From: Magnetococcales bacterium
Lineage (GTDB): Bacteria; Pseudomonadota; Magnetococcia; Magnetococcales; JADFYX01
Length of the DNA stretch: 64,000 nucleotides
Direction of reading: 5' to 3'
Assembly (NCBI GenBank): GCA_015232365.1
Contig: JADFZU010000005.1
Location: 19,683-83,682, forward strand
Shown here: positions 27,789-37,331 of the stretch, piece by piece
How positions within the stretch are numbered: the first letter of the stretch is position 1
How the letters are laid out: each line of letters begins with the position of its first letter
Notes under the pieces: generated by a model
Databases searched by the model: none
Seen by the model: the letters and a program-made list of their open reading frames with translations, nothing else
Told to the model about the DNA's origin: nothing
Made by a program: the position numbers and the translations under genes

Positions 27789-28250
27789 CTATCCGAAAAC
27801 ATCAATTTTATGGGTTGTTGGTTTTGGCTGGGTATTGCCTTGGAGTTTGTCTTTAGCTGTTGGCAGGTCCGCACTATGAATGCTGGCTAGGCGTTGAAAA
27901 AAAGGATCAGATGATGGCTCAGAGGCATGCTTTCCCTGTTGTGGTTCTTTTTCTACGGTTTTACCGTCTAAAGGGTTTTGAGCCTGCTCATGGGTTATCT
28001 CTTTAGGGTGGCTTTCTGAAAGAAAGTTGGTTAATGCCCGGCTGATTTTTACCCGTGAAGAGTCTGAAAAGTCACTTATGTCACGGTTTTTTTCAACTGT
28101 ACGTTTCAGGTCAGAATGTTTCTCTTCTTGGTCGTTATTGATTTTTTCACGTCTGGCTTTAATTTCCTCAGTTCGCTCTTTATTGCGGGCTGCATGAGCA
28201 ACCTGTTCGGAGTGTGACGAACCAGATATCTGTTGTGTTGACTCAGCCAT
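27789..28250 (-). CDS. Hypothetical highly charged, probably disordered protein (153 aa)
   Basis: ORF immediately upstream of the MBL gene on the same strand (12-nt gap). K/E/S/Q-rich with no TM helix. Confidence 0.4.
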   Translation of the reverse strand: MAESTQQISGSSHSEQVAHAARNKERTEEIKARREKINNDQEEKHSDLKRTVEKNRDISDFSDSSRVKISRALTNFLSESHPKEITHEQAQNPLDGKTVEKEPQQGKHASEPSSDPFFQRLASIHSADLPTAKDKLQGNTQPKPTTHKIDVFG

Positions 28251-28500
28251 TATGGTTCACCTTTAGTCAGAATAGAGGAGCCTTACCTGACTATATTATT
28301 AGCCATAATTTAGTAAAAAAGCAACGCAATTTAGCAAGATCCTAGAGATGGTGGTTGGTTGGCTGTCAATCAAATTCATTGCATAGTTTGCTACCAGTTT
28401 TGTACAATGATGGTGCGATCAGGTTTATAAAGAGATATTTATATGTTTGATTCAGGTAGTTTTCAGCTATGAAAACTACTGCTTTTTGGAGGTGAAGTCT

Positions 28501-29022
28501 ATGATTTCAATATCCAATACTCCTGATGTTGGGCAGGGGTTTTTCCACCGGTTGACAGACCGTGTGGATGAGTTGACCAGATCAGGGGCGGCCTTTAAAT
28601 CCGCGTTGGCTTCTGGTTTTAAAAAGTGGTCTACGACAGCTTTTGCCCTGGCTATTTCTGTCCACGCTCAATCTCTGCTTACAGTTTTTCAGGAAGCTAC
28701 AGAGGCTGTATTTGATGCAGGCCATCAGCATATCTCATCTATTTACAACCGTTCTGGCGAGAGCTTACCCTTAGATATTGACAGGTCGAACTCAAAAGCC
28801 TGGAGTGGGAATCGAGAGATTGTTAATGGTCGCTGGAGCCGAGATGCTTTTTATGTCTCACTGTCAAATGTTGGCCATTTAGCTGGAGGAATTGCTGAGA
28901 ACCACTCTATAACGCCAGAAGACCGACAACCATTTGTTGAACATGTGGTCAAAGGACGGGTATCTGGTCAATATGATGCCAAGGTCTTTTCAGATGTTCG
29001 TGCCTTGCTTAGAAAGAGCTAG
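28501..29022 (+). CDS. Hypothetical protein (173 aa)
   Basis: I place the start at ATG 28501, preceded by ggaggtg. No recognisable domain. Confidence 0.4.
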   Translation: MISISNTPDVGQGFFHRLTDRVDELTRSGAAFKSALASGFKKWSTTAFALAISVHAQSLLTVFQEATEAVFDAGHQHISSIYNRSGESLPLDIDRSNSKAWSGNREIVNGRWSRDAFYVSLSNVGHLAGGIAENHSITPEDRQPFVEHVVKGRVSGQYDAKVFSDVRALLRKS

Positions 29023-29632
29023 ATTCAAGATCTGTTTTAAGTGCATATCTCAGTGGTTCATGGATGACTTTCAGAGTTTTTTCCATCAACTTGTTAGACT
29101 CATCAATTGTCATTCCTGTACCACTTTCAACAATAAGAATTCGATCCCACTTATCTAACGGCTCACCTGTCCAGAGGTGAAATAGCCAACTTTGTTGTCG
29201 CCAATGGCGTATTCTCGGTAGGGGGCCATCTATAATTGCTTGGGTTTTTTCGAGTAGGTCGTTACAGCTTTCATCTTTGCTTTTACAGTATAAACTCCTT
29301 AAACCACTGCGTGGATTCCAGTAGGCTACCAACTTGATTGGTATAATTTGGTTCAACCAAGATGAAATAGCTTCCACAGTTGGTTGTAGCTCTGGTTTTG
29401 ACTCTTGCAAAAAGTTGTGAAGCAGTTTTAAATCCAAATTTAGCGGTGCATGTATATTATTTGAAGAGGAGGTCACCCTACCTTTTGCCAATTTCTGCTC
29501 ATAGCCGTTATCTTGACTGGTTTTAAGGTTCATGGTCATACCTTTGTAACGTTGGCATAATTTTTTTGCTATTAATATATAGCTATATATTGCTTGTATT
29601 AACTCTTGAAAGTAGCTTCTCAAGTTAATCAC
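29009..29632 (-). CDS. Hypothetical protein (start uncertain; internal ATG at 29539 possible)
   Basis: ORF only. It converges on and overlaps the previous ORF by 14 nt. Confidence 0.35.
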   Translation of the reverse strand: MINLRSYFQELIQAIYSYILIAKKLCQRYKGMTMNLKTSQDNGYEQKLAKGRVTSSSNNIHAPLNLDLKLLHNFLQESKPELQPTVEAISSWLNQIIPIKLVAYWNPRSGLRSLYCKSKDESCNDLLEKTQAIIDGPLPRIRHWRQQSWLFHLWTGEPLDKWDRILIVESGTGMTIDESNKLMEKTLKVIHEPLRYALKTDLESSSF

Positions 29633-29674
29633 TGCTATATTTATGCCAATTTTTTTTTAATATGAGGCATCTAA

Positions 29675-30346
29675 ATGATTACAAGACCACCCAGTTCTGC
29701 TTTATTGGTTAGAAGATCTGTTTTATTGATAATAGTAGCCCTTTTTAATGTAGGGTTGGCTCGAGCAGAAGCTGTTGATCCGGCTATTGAGCGTCTCTAC
29801 TCATTTTTAAACGGTTTGCAAACGGTGGAGGCAGAGTTTGTCCAGCAGGTTGAGGAGGCCGATGGCCATGTGCCAGAGGTAAGTCGGGGCAGGTTTTCTG
29901 CTAAACGTCCTGGTAAATTTCGTTGGGACTACCGGGAGCCTTTTGAGCAGATGATTCTCTCAGATGGAAGTTCAGTATACTATTACGAGATCGATCTAGC
30001 CCAGGTCACAAAAACCAGTGCCAGACTTTTAGAAGATACTCCGGCAGCATTTTTTGTCTCAGACCGGGCTTTGAGTAAAACTTTTACCTTGAGTGTGGCT
30101 GAAGATAAGGTTTGGAAGCTGCCTAGTGTTCGAATGTTGCCAAAAAAGGAGGGGACGGTGACTGCTATTATAATTACCCTTCACCCCCAGAAAAATGAGA
30201 TCCTTAACTTGGCAGTAGAGGACTCTTTAGGCAACTACTCCAGGTTTACTTTCTCTAAAATGCACTACAACCAACCTATAGAGGCAGAGCGTTTCAACTT
30301 TACTCTGCCGGATGGGGTTGATCTAATAGATGAACCTGCAAATTAA
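29675..30346 (+). CDS. lolA: Outer-membrane lipoprotein carrier protein LolA
   Basis: Signal peptide, F.Q...........G.F..KRPGKFRW.Y..P..Q.I.SDG..V..Y pattern. Confidence 0.85.
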   Translation: MITRPPSSALLVRRSVLLIIVALFNVGLARAEAVDPAIERLYSFLNGLQTVEAEFVQQVEEADGHVPEVSRGRFSAKRPGKFRWDYREPFEQMILSDGSSVYYYEIDLAQVTKTSARLLEDTPAAFFVSDRALSKTFTLSVAEDKVWKLPSVRMLPKKEGTVTAIIITLHPQKNEILNLAVEDSLGNYSRFTFSKMHYNQPIEAERFNFTLPDGVDLIDEPAN

Positions 30347-30371
30347 TAATAATTAAATAGGAGAGAGCACA

Positions 30372-30857
30372 ATGCCATCATTTGACATTGTTTCAGAGGT
30401 GGATCTGCAAGAGGCTGATAACGCAGTTAATCAAGCCTCAAAAGAGATCGGAACCCGTTATGATTTTAAAGGCTCGAAAAGCAGTATAAAGCGTGACGGG
30501 GCGATTGTTACCGTCATCAGTGATGATGAGTACAAGATGGAACAGGTGATGGAGGTTCTAAAAGGCAAGTTGGTCAAGCGAAAAATAGACCCTGGAGTCC
30601 TGGAGTTTTCCAATATTGAGCCAGCATCCGGTGCTCTGGTAAGGCAAACCGTTACCATACGCCAGGGTGTTGATAAAGAGCTTGCTAAAAAAATCATCAA
30701 AATCATCAAAGAGAGCAAAATAAAGGTCCAGGCATCTATACAGGGTGAACAGGTGCGGATAACTGGTAAAAAACGTGATGATTTACAGAGTGTTATAGCT
30801 CTTATGAAAGAGTCAAAATTAGAAATGCCCCTTCAGTATATCAACTTTCGAGATTAA
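30372..30857 (+). CDS. yajQ: YajQ family nucleotide/cyclic-di-GMP-binding protein (UPF0234)
   Basis: MPSFDIVSEVDLQE.DNAVNQA.KEI.TRYDFKGS is the canonical start. 161 aa. Confidence 0.9.
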   Translation: MPSFDIVSEVDLQEADNAVNQASKEIGTRYDFKGSKSSIKRDGAIVTVISDDEYKMEQVMEVLKGKLVKRKIDPGVLEFSNIEPASGALVRQTVTIRQGVDKELAKKIIKIIKESKIKVQASIQGEQVRITGKKRDDLQSVIALMKESKLEMPLQYINFRD

Positions 30858-30863
30858 TAGGTT

Positions 30864-32213
30864 ATGCCTTCGAAAAAAAACCCCGGCTTGGTTGGAGTGA
30901 TCTCTCTTGGCTGCCCAAAAAACCTGGTTGATACTGAAAAAATGCTCGGCAGGTTTATTGATAAAGGTTATGACCTGACAGCAGATCCTCAAGAGGCAGA
31001 TCTGTTGGTGGTAAATACCTGTGGTTTCAAGGCTGATGCAGAGGAGGAGTCACGTGAAGCAATTGCCGAGATGGCTGCAATCAAAGGGGCAAAGCCCGGT
31101 GTTCGTCTGGTGGTGACTGGCTGTCTCTCCCAGCGATACGGAGAGAGCCTCCGTGATGATATCCCGGAAATTGATGTTTTAACCGGAACTTCAGAGTACG
31201 AACAGTTGATCCATATTCTAGAGGATTCACCTTCGTCTCCACCTGTGGTTACCTCCAGGCCGGTTGTGGCTGAAAATGGACCAAGAGTTTTAACAACTCT
31301 GCCCCACACCGCCTATGTTAAAGTTGCTGAAGGGTGTAACAACCCCTGTGCCTTCTGTATTATTCCAAAGCTGCGTGGACCTTTTGTATCTCGTGAACCA
31401 GAGGATATTGATGAGGAGGTGGTCTCTTTAGTTGACGAGGGGGTTGTTGAGATCAATCTTATCTCTCAGGATACCACCCTGTATGGCCGGGATCTTGATC
31501 GGCGTTTAAGTCTGGCAGATCTTTTGGATGGTCTGAAGGTGATTGAAGGTTTAGCCTGGATTCGCCTCTTGTACCTATACCCGACCATGGTTACCGACCA
31601 ACTGCTTGCTGTGATGGCAGAGGAAAATAATATTCTGCCATATTTTGATATTCCTCTGCAACATAGCCATTCCGAGGTGTTAAAACGGATGAAACGGGCT
31701 GAGCGGGAGGGAGATGTCTATAAGTTGATTCAGCGGATTCGCCATAAAATCCCCAATGCTGCCATTAGGAGTACCTTTATCGTCGGTTTTCCTGGTGAGA
31801 GCGAAGAGGAGTTTCAGCATCTTTATGACTTTGTTAAGGAGACTCGTTTTGACCATGTTGGAGTATTTACCTACTCTGACGAGGTTGGCACTACCGCTTA
31901 TGAGCTTCCAGAAAAGATACCATTAGAGATTGCCGAGGAGCGTCGTGATCGGTTGATGGCCATGCAACAGGTTATAAGCCAACAGAAGCTAGAGAGGATG
32001 ATAGGCTCTACAATCCCGGTTTTGGTTGAAGGAGTGTCTGAGGAGAATGAGTGGCTTTTAGAGGGTAGAACCATGGGGCAAGCTCCTGATGTTGATGGCA
32101 TTGTCTACATAAATGACGGCTCGCCAGAGATTGGTAGCGTGGTTGATATAGAGATCACCGCAGCCCATGAATATGATCTGGTTGGCAGGTATGTTGATGT
32201 AAGAGAGACTTGA
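30864..32213 (+). CDS. rimO: Ribosomal protein S12 methylthiotransferase RimO
   Basis: N-terminal UPF0004 (SLGCPKN..D), radical-SAM CNNPCAFCIIP and a C-terminal TRAM domain. Confidence 0.92.
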   Translation: MPSKKNPGLVGVISLGCPKNLVDTEKMLGRFIDKGYDLTADPQEADLLVVNTCGFKADAEEESREAIAEMAAIKGAKPGVRLVVTGCLSQRYGESLRDDIPEIDVLTGTSEYEQLIHILEDSPSSPPVVTSRPVVAENGPRVLTTLPHTAYVKVAEGCNNPCAFCIIPKLRGPFVSREPEDIDEEVVSLVDEGVVEINLISQDTTLYGRDLDRRLSLADLLDGLKVIEGLAWIRLLYLYPTMVTDQLLAVMAEENNILPYFDIPLQHSHSEVLKRMKRAEREGDVYKLIQRIRHKIPNAAIRSTFIVGFPGESEEEFQHLYDFVKETRFDHVGVFTYSDEVGTTAYELPEKIPLEIAEERRDRLMAMQQVISQQKLERMIGSTIPVLVEGVSEENEWLLEGRTMGQAPDVDGIVYINDGSPEIGSVVDIEITAAHEYDLVGRYVDVRET

Positions 32214-32214
32214 T

Positions 32215-33543
32215 ATGTCCAGACTCTCCTTTTCCAGTTCAGTTTCGCCGCTTGCCGACCGGATGCGACCCCGATCATTGGCCGAGGTGGTTGGGCAGGA
32301 GCATCTAACTGCTGAAGGTAAGCTTCTCCATGAGGCTTTGCTTGCAAACCGGATTCCATCCCTGATTCTTTGGGGGCCGCCTGGGTGTGGAAAAACCACC
32401 ATTGCTAGAGTGATTGCCAACAAGACAAAGTACCGTTTTGAAGCTCTGTCAGCAGTTTTGGCTGGGGTAAAAGAGGTTCGTGAGGTGGTAAGCAGGGCAC
32501 GCGGCGAGCTTGATGAAGGAGGGGTTGGGACAATTCTGTTTGTTGATGAGATTCACCGATTCAACAAGGGGCAGCAAGATGCTTTTTTGCCGTTTGTTGA
32601 AGATGGAACCATCACCCTGATTGGGGCAACAACTGAAAACCCATCATTTGAGCTAAATGGGGCACTGTTGTCACGCTGTCAGGTGATGGTGTTGCAGCCT
32701 CTTGATAAGGGCGGGTTGATCACCCTATTGAAGAGAGCTATTACTGACCCTAAAAGGGGGTATGGGGATAGAACTATTGATCTTGAGCCAGATTTATTGG
32801 CTGAGATTGCTAGTCAAGCTGATGGAGATGCCCGTTACAGCTTGAATTTGTTAGAATCTCTGATAGAGGTTGCTGCACAAAAAATAGCTGATGGTGAAAA
32901 ATTGCTGGTTGACGACTTGACAGAAAGCCTCAATCGGCGGGCAACTCTTTACGATAAAACCGGGGAGTTTCACTACAACCTTATATCAGCATTCCACAAA
33001 TCCATGCGTGGTTCCGATGTTGATGCATCTCTATACTGGCTGGCTCGCATGTTGGACGGAGGCGAGGATGGTTTATACATTGCCCGGCGTATGGTCCGTT
33101 TTGCATCAGAAGATGTTGGAAACGCCGATCCACAGGCTCTGGCTATCACCATTCAGGCTAAAGAGTCCTATCATTTTCTGGGTTCGCCGGAGGGAGACCT
33201 TGCCCTGGCACAGGCGGTTATATATCTGGCATGTGCTCCAAAAAGCAATAGTGCTTATATGGCCTTTAAAGCTGCACAACACTGCTCAAAAAAATATGGG
33301 CCTCTGCCGCCGCCAGCCCATATACTAAATGCACCGACAAAGTTGATGAAAGATCTTGGGTTTGGCAAAGGTTACCGTTATGCTCATGATTATGAAGGTG
33401 GGATTGTTAGTCAGGAGTATATGCCTGAGCCTTTGAAAAATGAAAAGTTTTATCAACCTGTTGAGAGGGGATATGAACGGGAAATTTCCCGCCGGTTGGA
33501 GTATTGGCAAAGGTTGAAAGCTGAGCAGATGGAACATAAATAA
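32215..33543 (+). CDS. rarA: Replication-associated recombination protein A (RarA/MgsA)
   Basis: [62 protein letters not shown]. Confidence 0.93.
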   Translation: MSRLSFSSSVSPLADRMRPRSLAEVVGQEHLTAEGKLLHEALLANRIPSLILWGPPGCGKTTIARVIANKTKYRFEALSAVLAGVKEVREVVSRARGELDEGGVGTILFVDEIHRFNKGQQDAFLPFVEDGTITLIGATTENPSFELNGALLSRCQVMVLQPLDKGGLITLLKRAITDPKRGYGDRTIDLEPDLLAEIASQADGDARYSLNLLESLIEVAAQKIADGEKLLVDDLTESLNRRATLYDKTGEFHYNLISAFHKSMRGSDVDASLYWLARMLDGGEDGLYIARRMVRFASEDVGNADPQALAITIQAKESYHFLGSPEGDLALAQAVIYLACAPKSNSAYMAFKAAQHCSKKYGPLPPPAHILNAPTKLMKDLGFGKGYRYAHDYEGGIVSQEYMPEPLKNEKFYQPVERGYEREISRRLEYWQRLKAEQMEHK

Positions 33544-33917
33544 TGAAAACTATCCTGTATGTAGCTGCTGGTGGGTCTATTGGAGCTGTGTTGCGTTATC
33601 TTGTCTCTGGCTGGGTACATCAACTTATGGGGCACGGTTTTCCCTGGGGAACTTTAGTGGTCAATGTTGTAGGCTCCTTGCTTATGGGGTTGGGGTATTT
33701 TCTGCTTACAGAGCGGTTTATGGTTAGCCCGGAATTGCGGATGGCAATTTTGGTTGGCTGCTTGGGGGCTGTTACGACTTTTTCTACATTCTCAATAGAA
33801 ACTATGAATTTGATTGAAAGTGGGACGAATCTACTGGCTCTGTTAAATATTCTTGTCAGTGTTGTTCTGTGTCTTAGTTCTGTTTGGTTAGGTATGTGGT
33901 TGGCAAGAATGATGTAA
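33543..33917 (+). CDS. crcB: Fluoride channel CrcB/FluC
   Basis: 124 aa with four TM helices and GG..GA.LRY...........FPWGTL.VN..GS. Its start overlaps the rarA stop (ATAATG). Confidence 0.9.
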   Translation: MKTILYVAAGGSIGAVLRYLVSGWVHQLMGHGFPWGTLVVNVVGSLLMGLGYFLLTERFMVSPELRMAILVGCLGAVTTFSTFSIETMNLIESGTNLLALLNILVSVVLCLSSVWLGMWLARMM

Positions 33918-34321
33918 TCAAAAAATAAGTACCATAAGCAGAAGAGTGATAGAGAATTGGGTGTTATAAAATTGAAAGTAATGATCAGAAAGACTCATTG
34001 TTGATGGATCGGATCTATTTTAATTAATATAACCTTTATGAAAGCACTCCATTAGCCGACTATCTATTAGACGATATTGATAAGACAGGTTTTCCAGGGC
34101 CACGGTTTTTCGTGGTATAATGGGGTTTGGTAAGTACCACTTTGTTCTCTCAACTTCTCTGCTAAGATTGACATAGAGCCTGTAGCTGATTTTAGAAGTA
34201 ATGGAAGCTGAGGGTAAGTTGTTAAAATTAATTAAGAAATTAAAGCCAGCATTGGATGAGTGTAAGATTGTAAAGATTCCTGTTGAGCCGCTTTATTTTA
34301 TAGTGGAGTAATTAAAATTAG

Positions 34322-35629
34322 ATGAAAAACAGCTTATTAAAAAAAATTCAGCAAAAAAGTGCTGTGATTGGGATTATTGGCCTTGGTTATGTTGGTCTGC
34401 CACTTGCTCTGAGGTTTTTAGAGGAGGGGTTTGTGGTTGTCGGTTTTGATATTGATCCTGTTAAAATTGCCAAACTTGAATCTAGAGAGCCATATATAGA
34501 ACATATTGATCCTGGACCTTTTTATTCTGCAATTAAGAATAAAAAATTTATAGCTACAATTGATTTTTCAGAGATAAAAACTGTTGATGCAATTATTTTA
34601 TGTGTGCCGACTCCGCTAAATAAAAACCGTGAGCCTGATCTTAGCTATGTTACTGGATCTCTTTACAATATTATTCCCCATATGCGAAAAGGCCAGGTAG
34701 TCTCATTAGAGAGTACCACCTATCCGGGAACCACAGAAGAGCAGATAGTGCCGCCTATTAAGATGTCTGGTTATACCGTTGGCAGCGATGTGTTTGTAAT
34801 CTATTCCCCTGAACGGGAAGATCCTGCAAACCCAGAATTCACTACCAGGAACATTCCCAAAGTGGTTGGCGGCTCCACTGCTAACTGCTTGGAGGTTGGT
34901 AAAGGGCTATATGAAGAGATAATCGATACCGTTGTGCCTGTCTCTTCAACTGGAGCTGCTGAGATGGTTAAAATTCTGGAGAATACCTTCCGTTCTGTCA
35001 ATATTGCCCTGGTAAATGAACTGAAGATAGTTGCCGATAAAATGGGGCTGGATATCTTTGAGGTAGTTCGAGCTGCTGCGACCAAACCTTTTGGCTACAC
35101 ACCATTTTTTCCTGGTCCAGGTCTTGGAGGGCACTGCATTCCCATTGATCCATTCTACCTGACATGGAAGGCTAGAGAGTATGGTGTTAATACCCGTTTT
35201 ATTGAATTGGCAGGTGAAGTTAACACTTCAATGCCTGATTTTGTCATCAGCAAGATTGTTTCTGCTCTGAATAATGTAAGTCTTGCGGTTCGTGGTTCAA
35301 AAATATTGGTTTTAGGTCTTGCTTACAAAAAAAATGTTGATGATGTACGGGAATCACCTAGTATTGTGTTATTAAAAATGTTGCAAGAGATTGGTGCAGA
35401 TGTAGACTACTCTGATCCCCATGTACCTGTGACTCCTGACATGCGTGCCCACTCTATAAATCTATCAAGTGTTGCTCTAACACCAGATGTAATCTCCGCA
35501 TATGATTGTGTCGTGGTTGCAACAGACCACGATCGGTTTGATTGGGATATGATTAAACAAAACGCAAAGTTGGTTGTTGATCCTCGCGGTGTATTTCAGG
35601 CCGATGATAAAAAAATATATCGTGCATGA
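34322..35629 (+). CDS. Nucleotide-sugar dehydrogenase (UDP-N-acetyl-hexosamine dehydrogenase type, WecC/TviB-like)
   Basis: Rossmann [15 protein letters not shown], catalytic GGHCIPIDP and a C-terminal UDP-binding domain ([16 protein letters not shown]). Confidence 0.88.
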   Translation: MKNSLLKKIQQKSAVIGIIGLGYVGLPLALRFLEEGFVVVGFDIDPVKIAKLESREPYIEHIDPGPFYSAIKNKKFIATIDFSEIKTVDAIILCVPTPLNKNREPDLSYVTGSLYNIIPHMRKGQVVSLESTTYPGTTEEQIVPPIKMSGYTVGSDVFVIYSPEREDPANPEFTTRNIPKVVGGSTANCLEVGKGLYEEIIDTVVPVSSTGAAEMVKILENTFRSVNIALVNELKIVADKMGLDIFEVVRAAATKPFGYTPFFPGPGLGGHCIPIDPFYLTWKAREYGVNTRFIELAGEVNTSMPDFVISKIVSALNNVSLAVRGSKILVLGLAYKKNVDDVRESPSIVLLKMLQEIGADVDYSDPHVPVTPDMRAHSINLSSVALTPDVISAYDCVVVATDHDRFDWDMIKQNAKLVVDPRGVFQADDKKIYRA

Positions 35630-35645
35630 TCCTGTGAGAGATAAT

Positions 35646-37079
35646 ATGAAAATAAAAAGAAAATTTGTTCCGGTAATTTTATCTGGAGGTTCTGGTACAC
35701 GCCTCTGGCCTCTATCAAGGGATGTCTATCCAAAACAGTTTCTGCCGCTATTGAATGAAAAATCACCTTTTCAGGCTACTATGCAGCGTTTAAGTGGGAT
35801 TGAAAATATAGAATTACCACTAATTATCTGCAACGAACAACACCGTTTTTTAGTTGCAGAACAGGCGAGAAAAGTAGATCAGAATCTAGAATCAATTATT
35901 TTGGAGCCTATTGGCCGTAATACTGCCCCTGCTACAGCTTGTGCAGCTATAATAGCTGCTAAAAAAGATCCTGACTCTATACTTTTGGTTCTGCCTGCTG
36001 ATCATATCATTCAAAATACCGAGGCTTTTCATGAAAGCATTGCTGTGGCGATAGAGGAGGCGTCCCAAGGATGTTTGGTAACCTTTGGTATTGTTCCCTC
36101 AGCAGCAGAGACCGGTTTTGGTTATATAAAGCGTGGAGATAAGAATCAAGGATCAAAGACTTTCCAGGTTGCAGCTTTTGTTGAAAAGCCGAGTATTGAT
36201 GTGGCTCAAGAGTATGTTGATTCTGGTGAGTATTACTGGAACAGTGGCATGTTTATGTTTAGTGCAGCTAAATATTTAGCTGAATTAGAACAGTTTGCTC
36301 CAGATATGCTTGCGGCCTGCAGCAGGTCAGTACAGAAGGCAAATAAAGATTTAGATTTTTTTAGGCTGGATAGGGAGGAGTTTAGCAACTGCCCTAAAGA
36401 CTCCATTGATTATGCTGTTATGGAAAAAACTGCAGATGCCGTTGTTGTTCCCCTTGATGCAGGGTGGAGTGATATCGGTTCCTGGTCTGCATTGTGGGAT
36501 ATTGGTGATAAAGATTGTGATAACAACGTTATTCGTGGCGATGTCTGTTTAGAGGGTACAAGTAACTGTTATATCAATGCCAGCCACCGTCTGGTTGCTG
36601 CCGTTGGCCTTGAAGATCATGTTATTGTTGAGACCTCAGACTCGGTATTTGTTGCTCCTAAATCGCAGGTACAGAATGTTAAAAAAATTGTTGAAGAGCT
36701 AACCAATCAAAACAGGGTAGAGACGGTTAGTCACCGGAAGGTCTACCGGCCTTGGGGAGCATATGAAACGATTACTATTGCCAAACGGTTTCAGGTTAAG
36801 CTTATTACCGTCAACCCAGGGGCTATTCTCTCGCTTCAGATGCACCACCACCGGGCTGAGCACTGGATTATAGTCAGCGGTACAGCAAGAGTGACCAGGG
36901 GTGACGATGTTATAGTTCTAGCAGAGGATCAATCTACCTACATTCCCTTGGGAGTAAAGCACCGTTTGGAGAATCCCGGCATTATTCCTTTAGAGTTGAT
37001 TGAGGTGCAGAGTGGTAGTTATCTTGGTGAAGATGATATTGTTCGTTTGGAAGATTTGTATGGGAGAGCCTCTGTCTAG
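35646..37079 (+). CDS. manC: Mannose-1-phosphate guanylyltransferase / mannose-6-phosphate isomerase (type II PMI)
   Basis: ILSGGSGTRLWPLSR, EP.GRNTAPA and the C-terminal cupin HHHRAEHWIIVSGTA. I place the start at ATG 35646; the extension in the ORF track overlaps the previous gene. Confidence 0.92.
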   Translation: MKIKRKFVPVILSGGSGTRLWPLSRDVYPKQFLPLLNEKSPFQATMQRLSGIENIELPLIICNEQHRFLVAEQARKVDQNLESIILEPIGRNTAPATACAAIIAAKKDPDSILLVLPADHIIQNTEAFHESIAVAIEEASQGCLVTFGIVPSAAETGFGYIKRGDKNQGSKTFQVAAFVEKPSIDVAQEYVDSGEYYWNSGMFMFSAAKYLAELEQFAPDMLAACSRSVQKANKDLDFFRLDREEFSNCPKDSIDYAVMEKTADAVVVPLDAGWSDIGSWSALWDIGDKDCDNNVIRGDVCLEGTSNCYINASHRLVAAVGLEDHVIVETSDSVFVAPKSQVQNVKKIVEELTNQNRVETVSHRKVYRPWGAYETITIAKRFQVKLITVNPGAILSLQMHHHRAEHWIIVSGTARVTRGDDVIVLAEDQSTYIPLGVKHRLENPGIIPLELIEVQSGSYLGEDDIVRLEDLYGRASV

Positions 37080-37331
37080 ATAACAATAATACATGTTATT
37101 GAAAGCTAGGCAGCGATTTAATATATTAATGTAAAAGATCCATTTTAGCTCTTGCTGGTTTGTGTTAATATTTTTCTCGGTGGTTTAGTCTTTAAAATAA
37201 GATTTTTATGGCTTAGCCGTACAGTGAGAGCTTGTAAAAAAAGAAGACCCTAATGCGAACACCTCAAAATGTGCCCCGAAACAGGATTCATTTTTTCACA
37301 AGCTCTGAGAACTTTAGCTGATAGTTGATAT

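Noticed and set aside
33500-33560. Expected fluoride riboswitch upstream of crcB
   Set aside because: crcB starts within the rarA stop codon (ATAATG), so there is no leader in which a riboswitch could sit.
34201-34311. 36-codon sORF in the leader of the sugar dehydrogenase gene
   Set aside because: There is no evidence beyond an open frame, so it is reported as an observation only and not as a feature.
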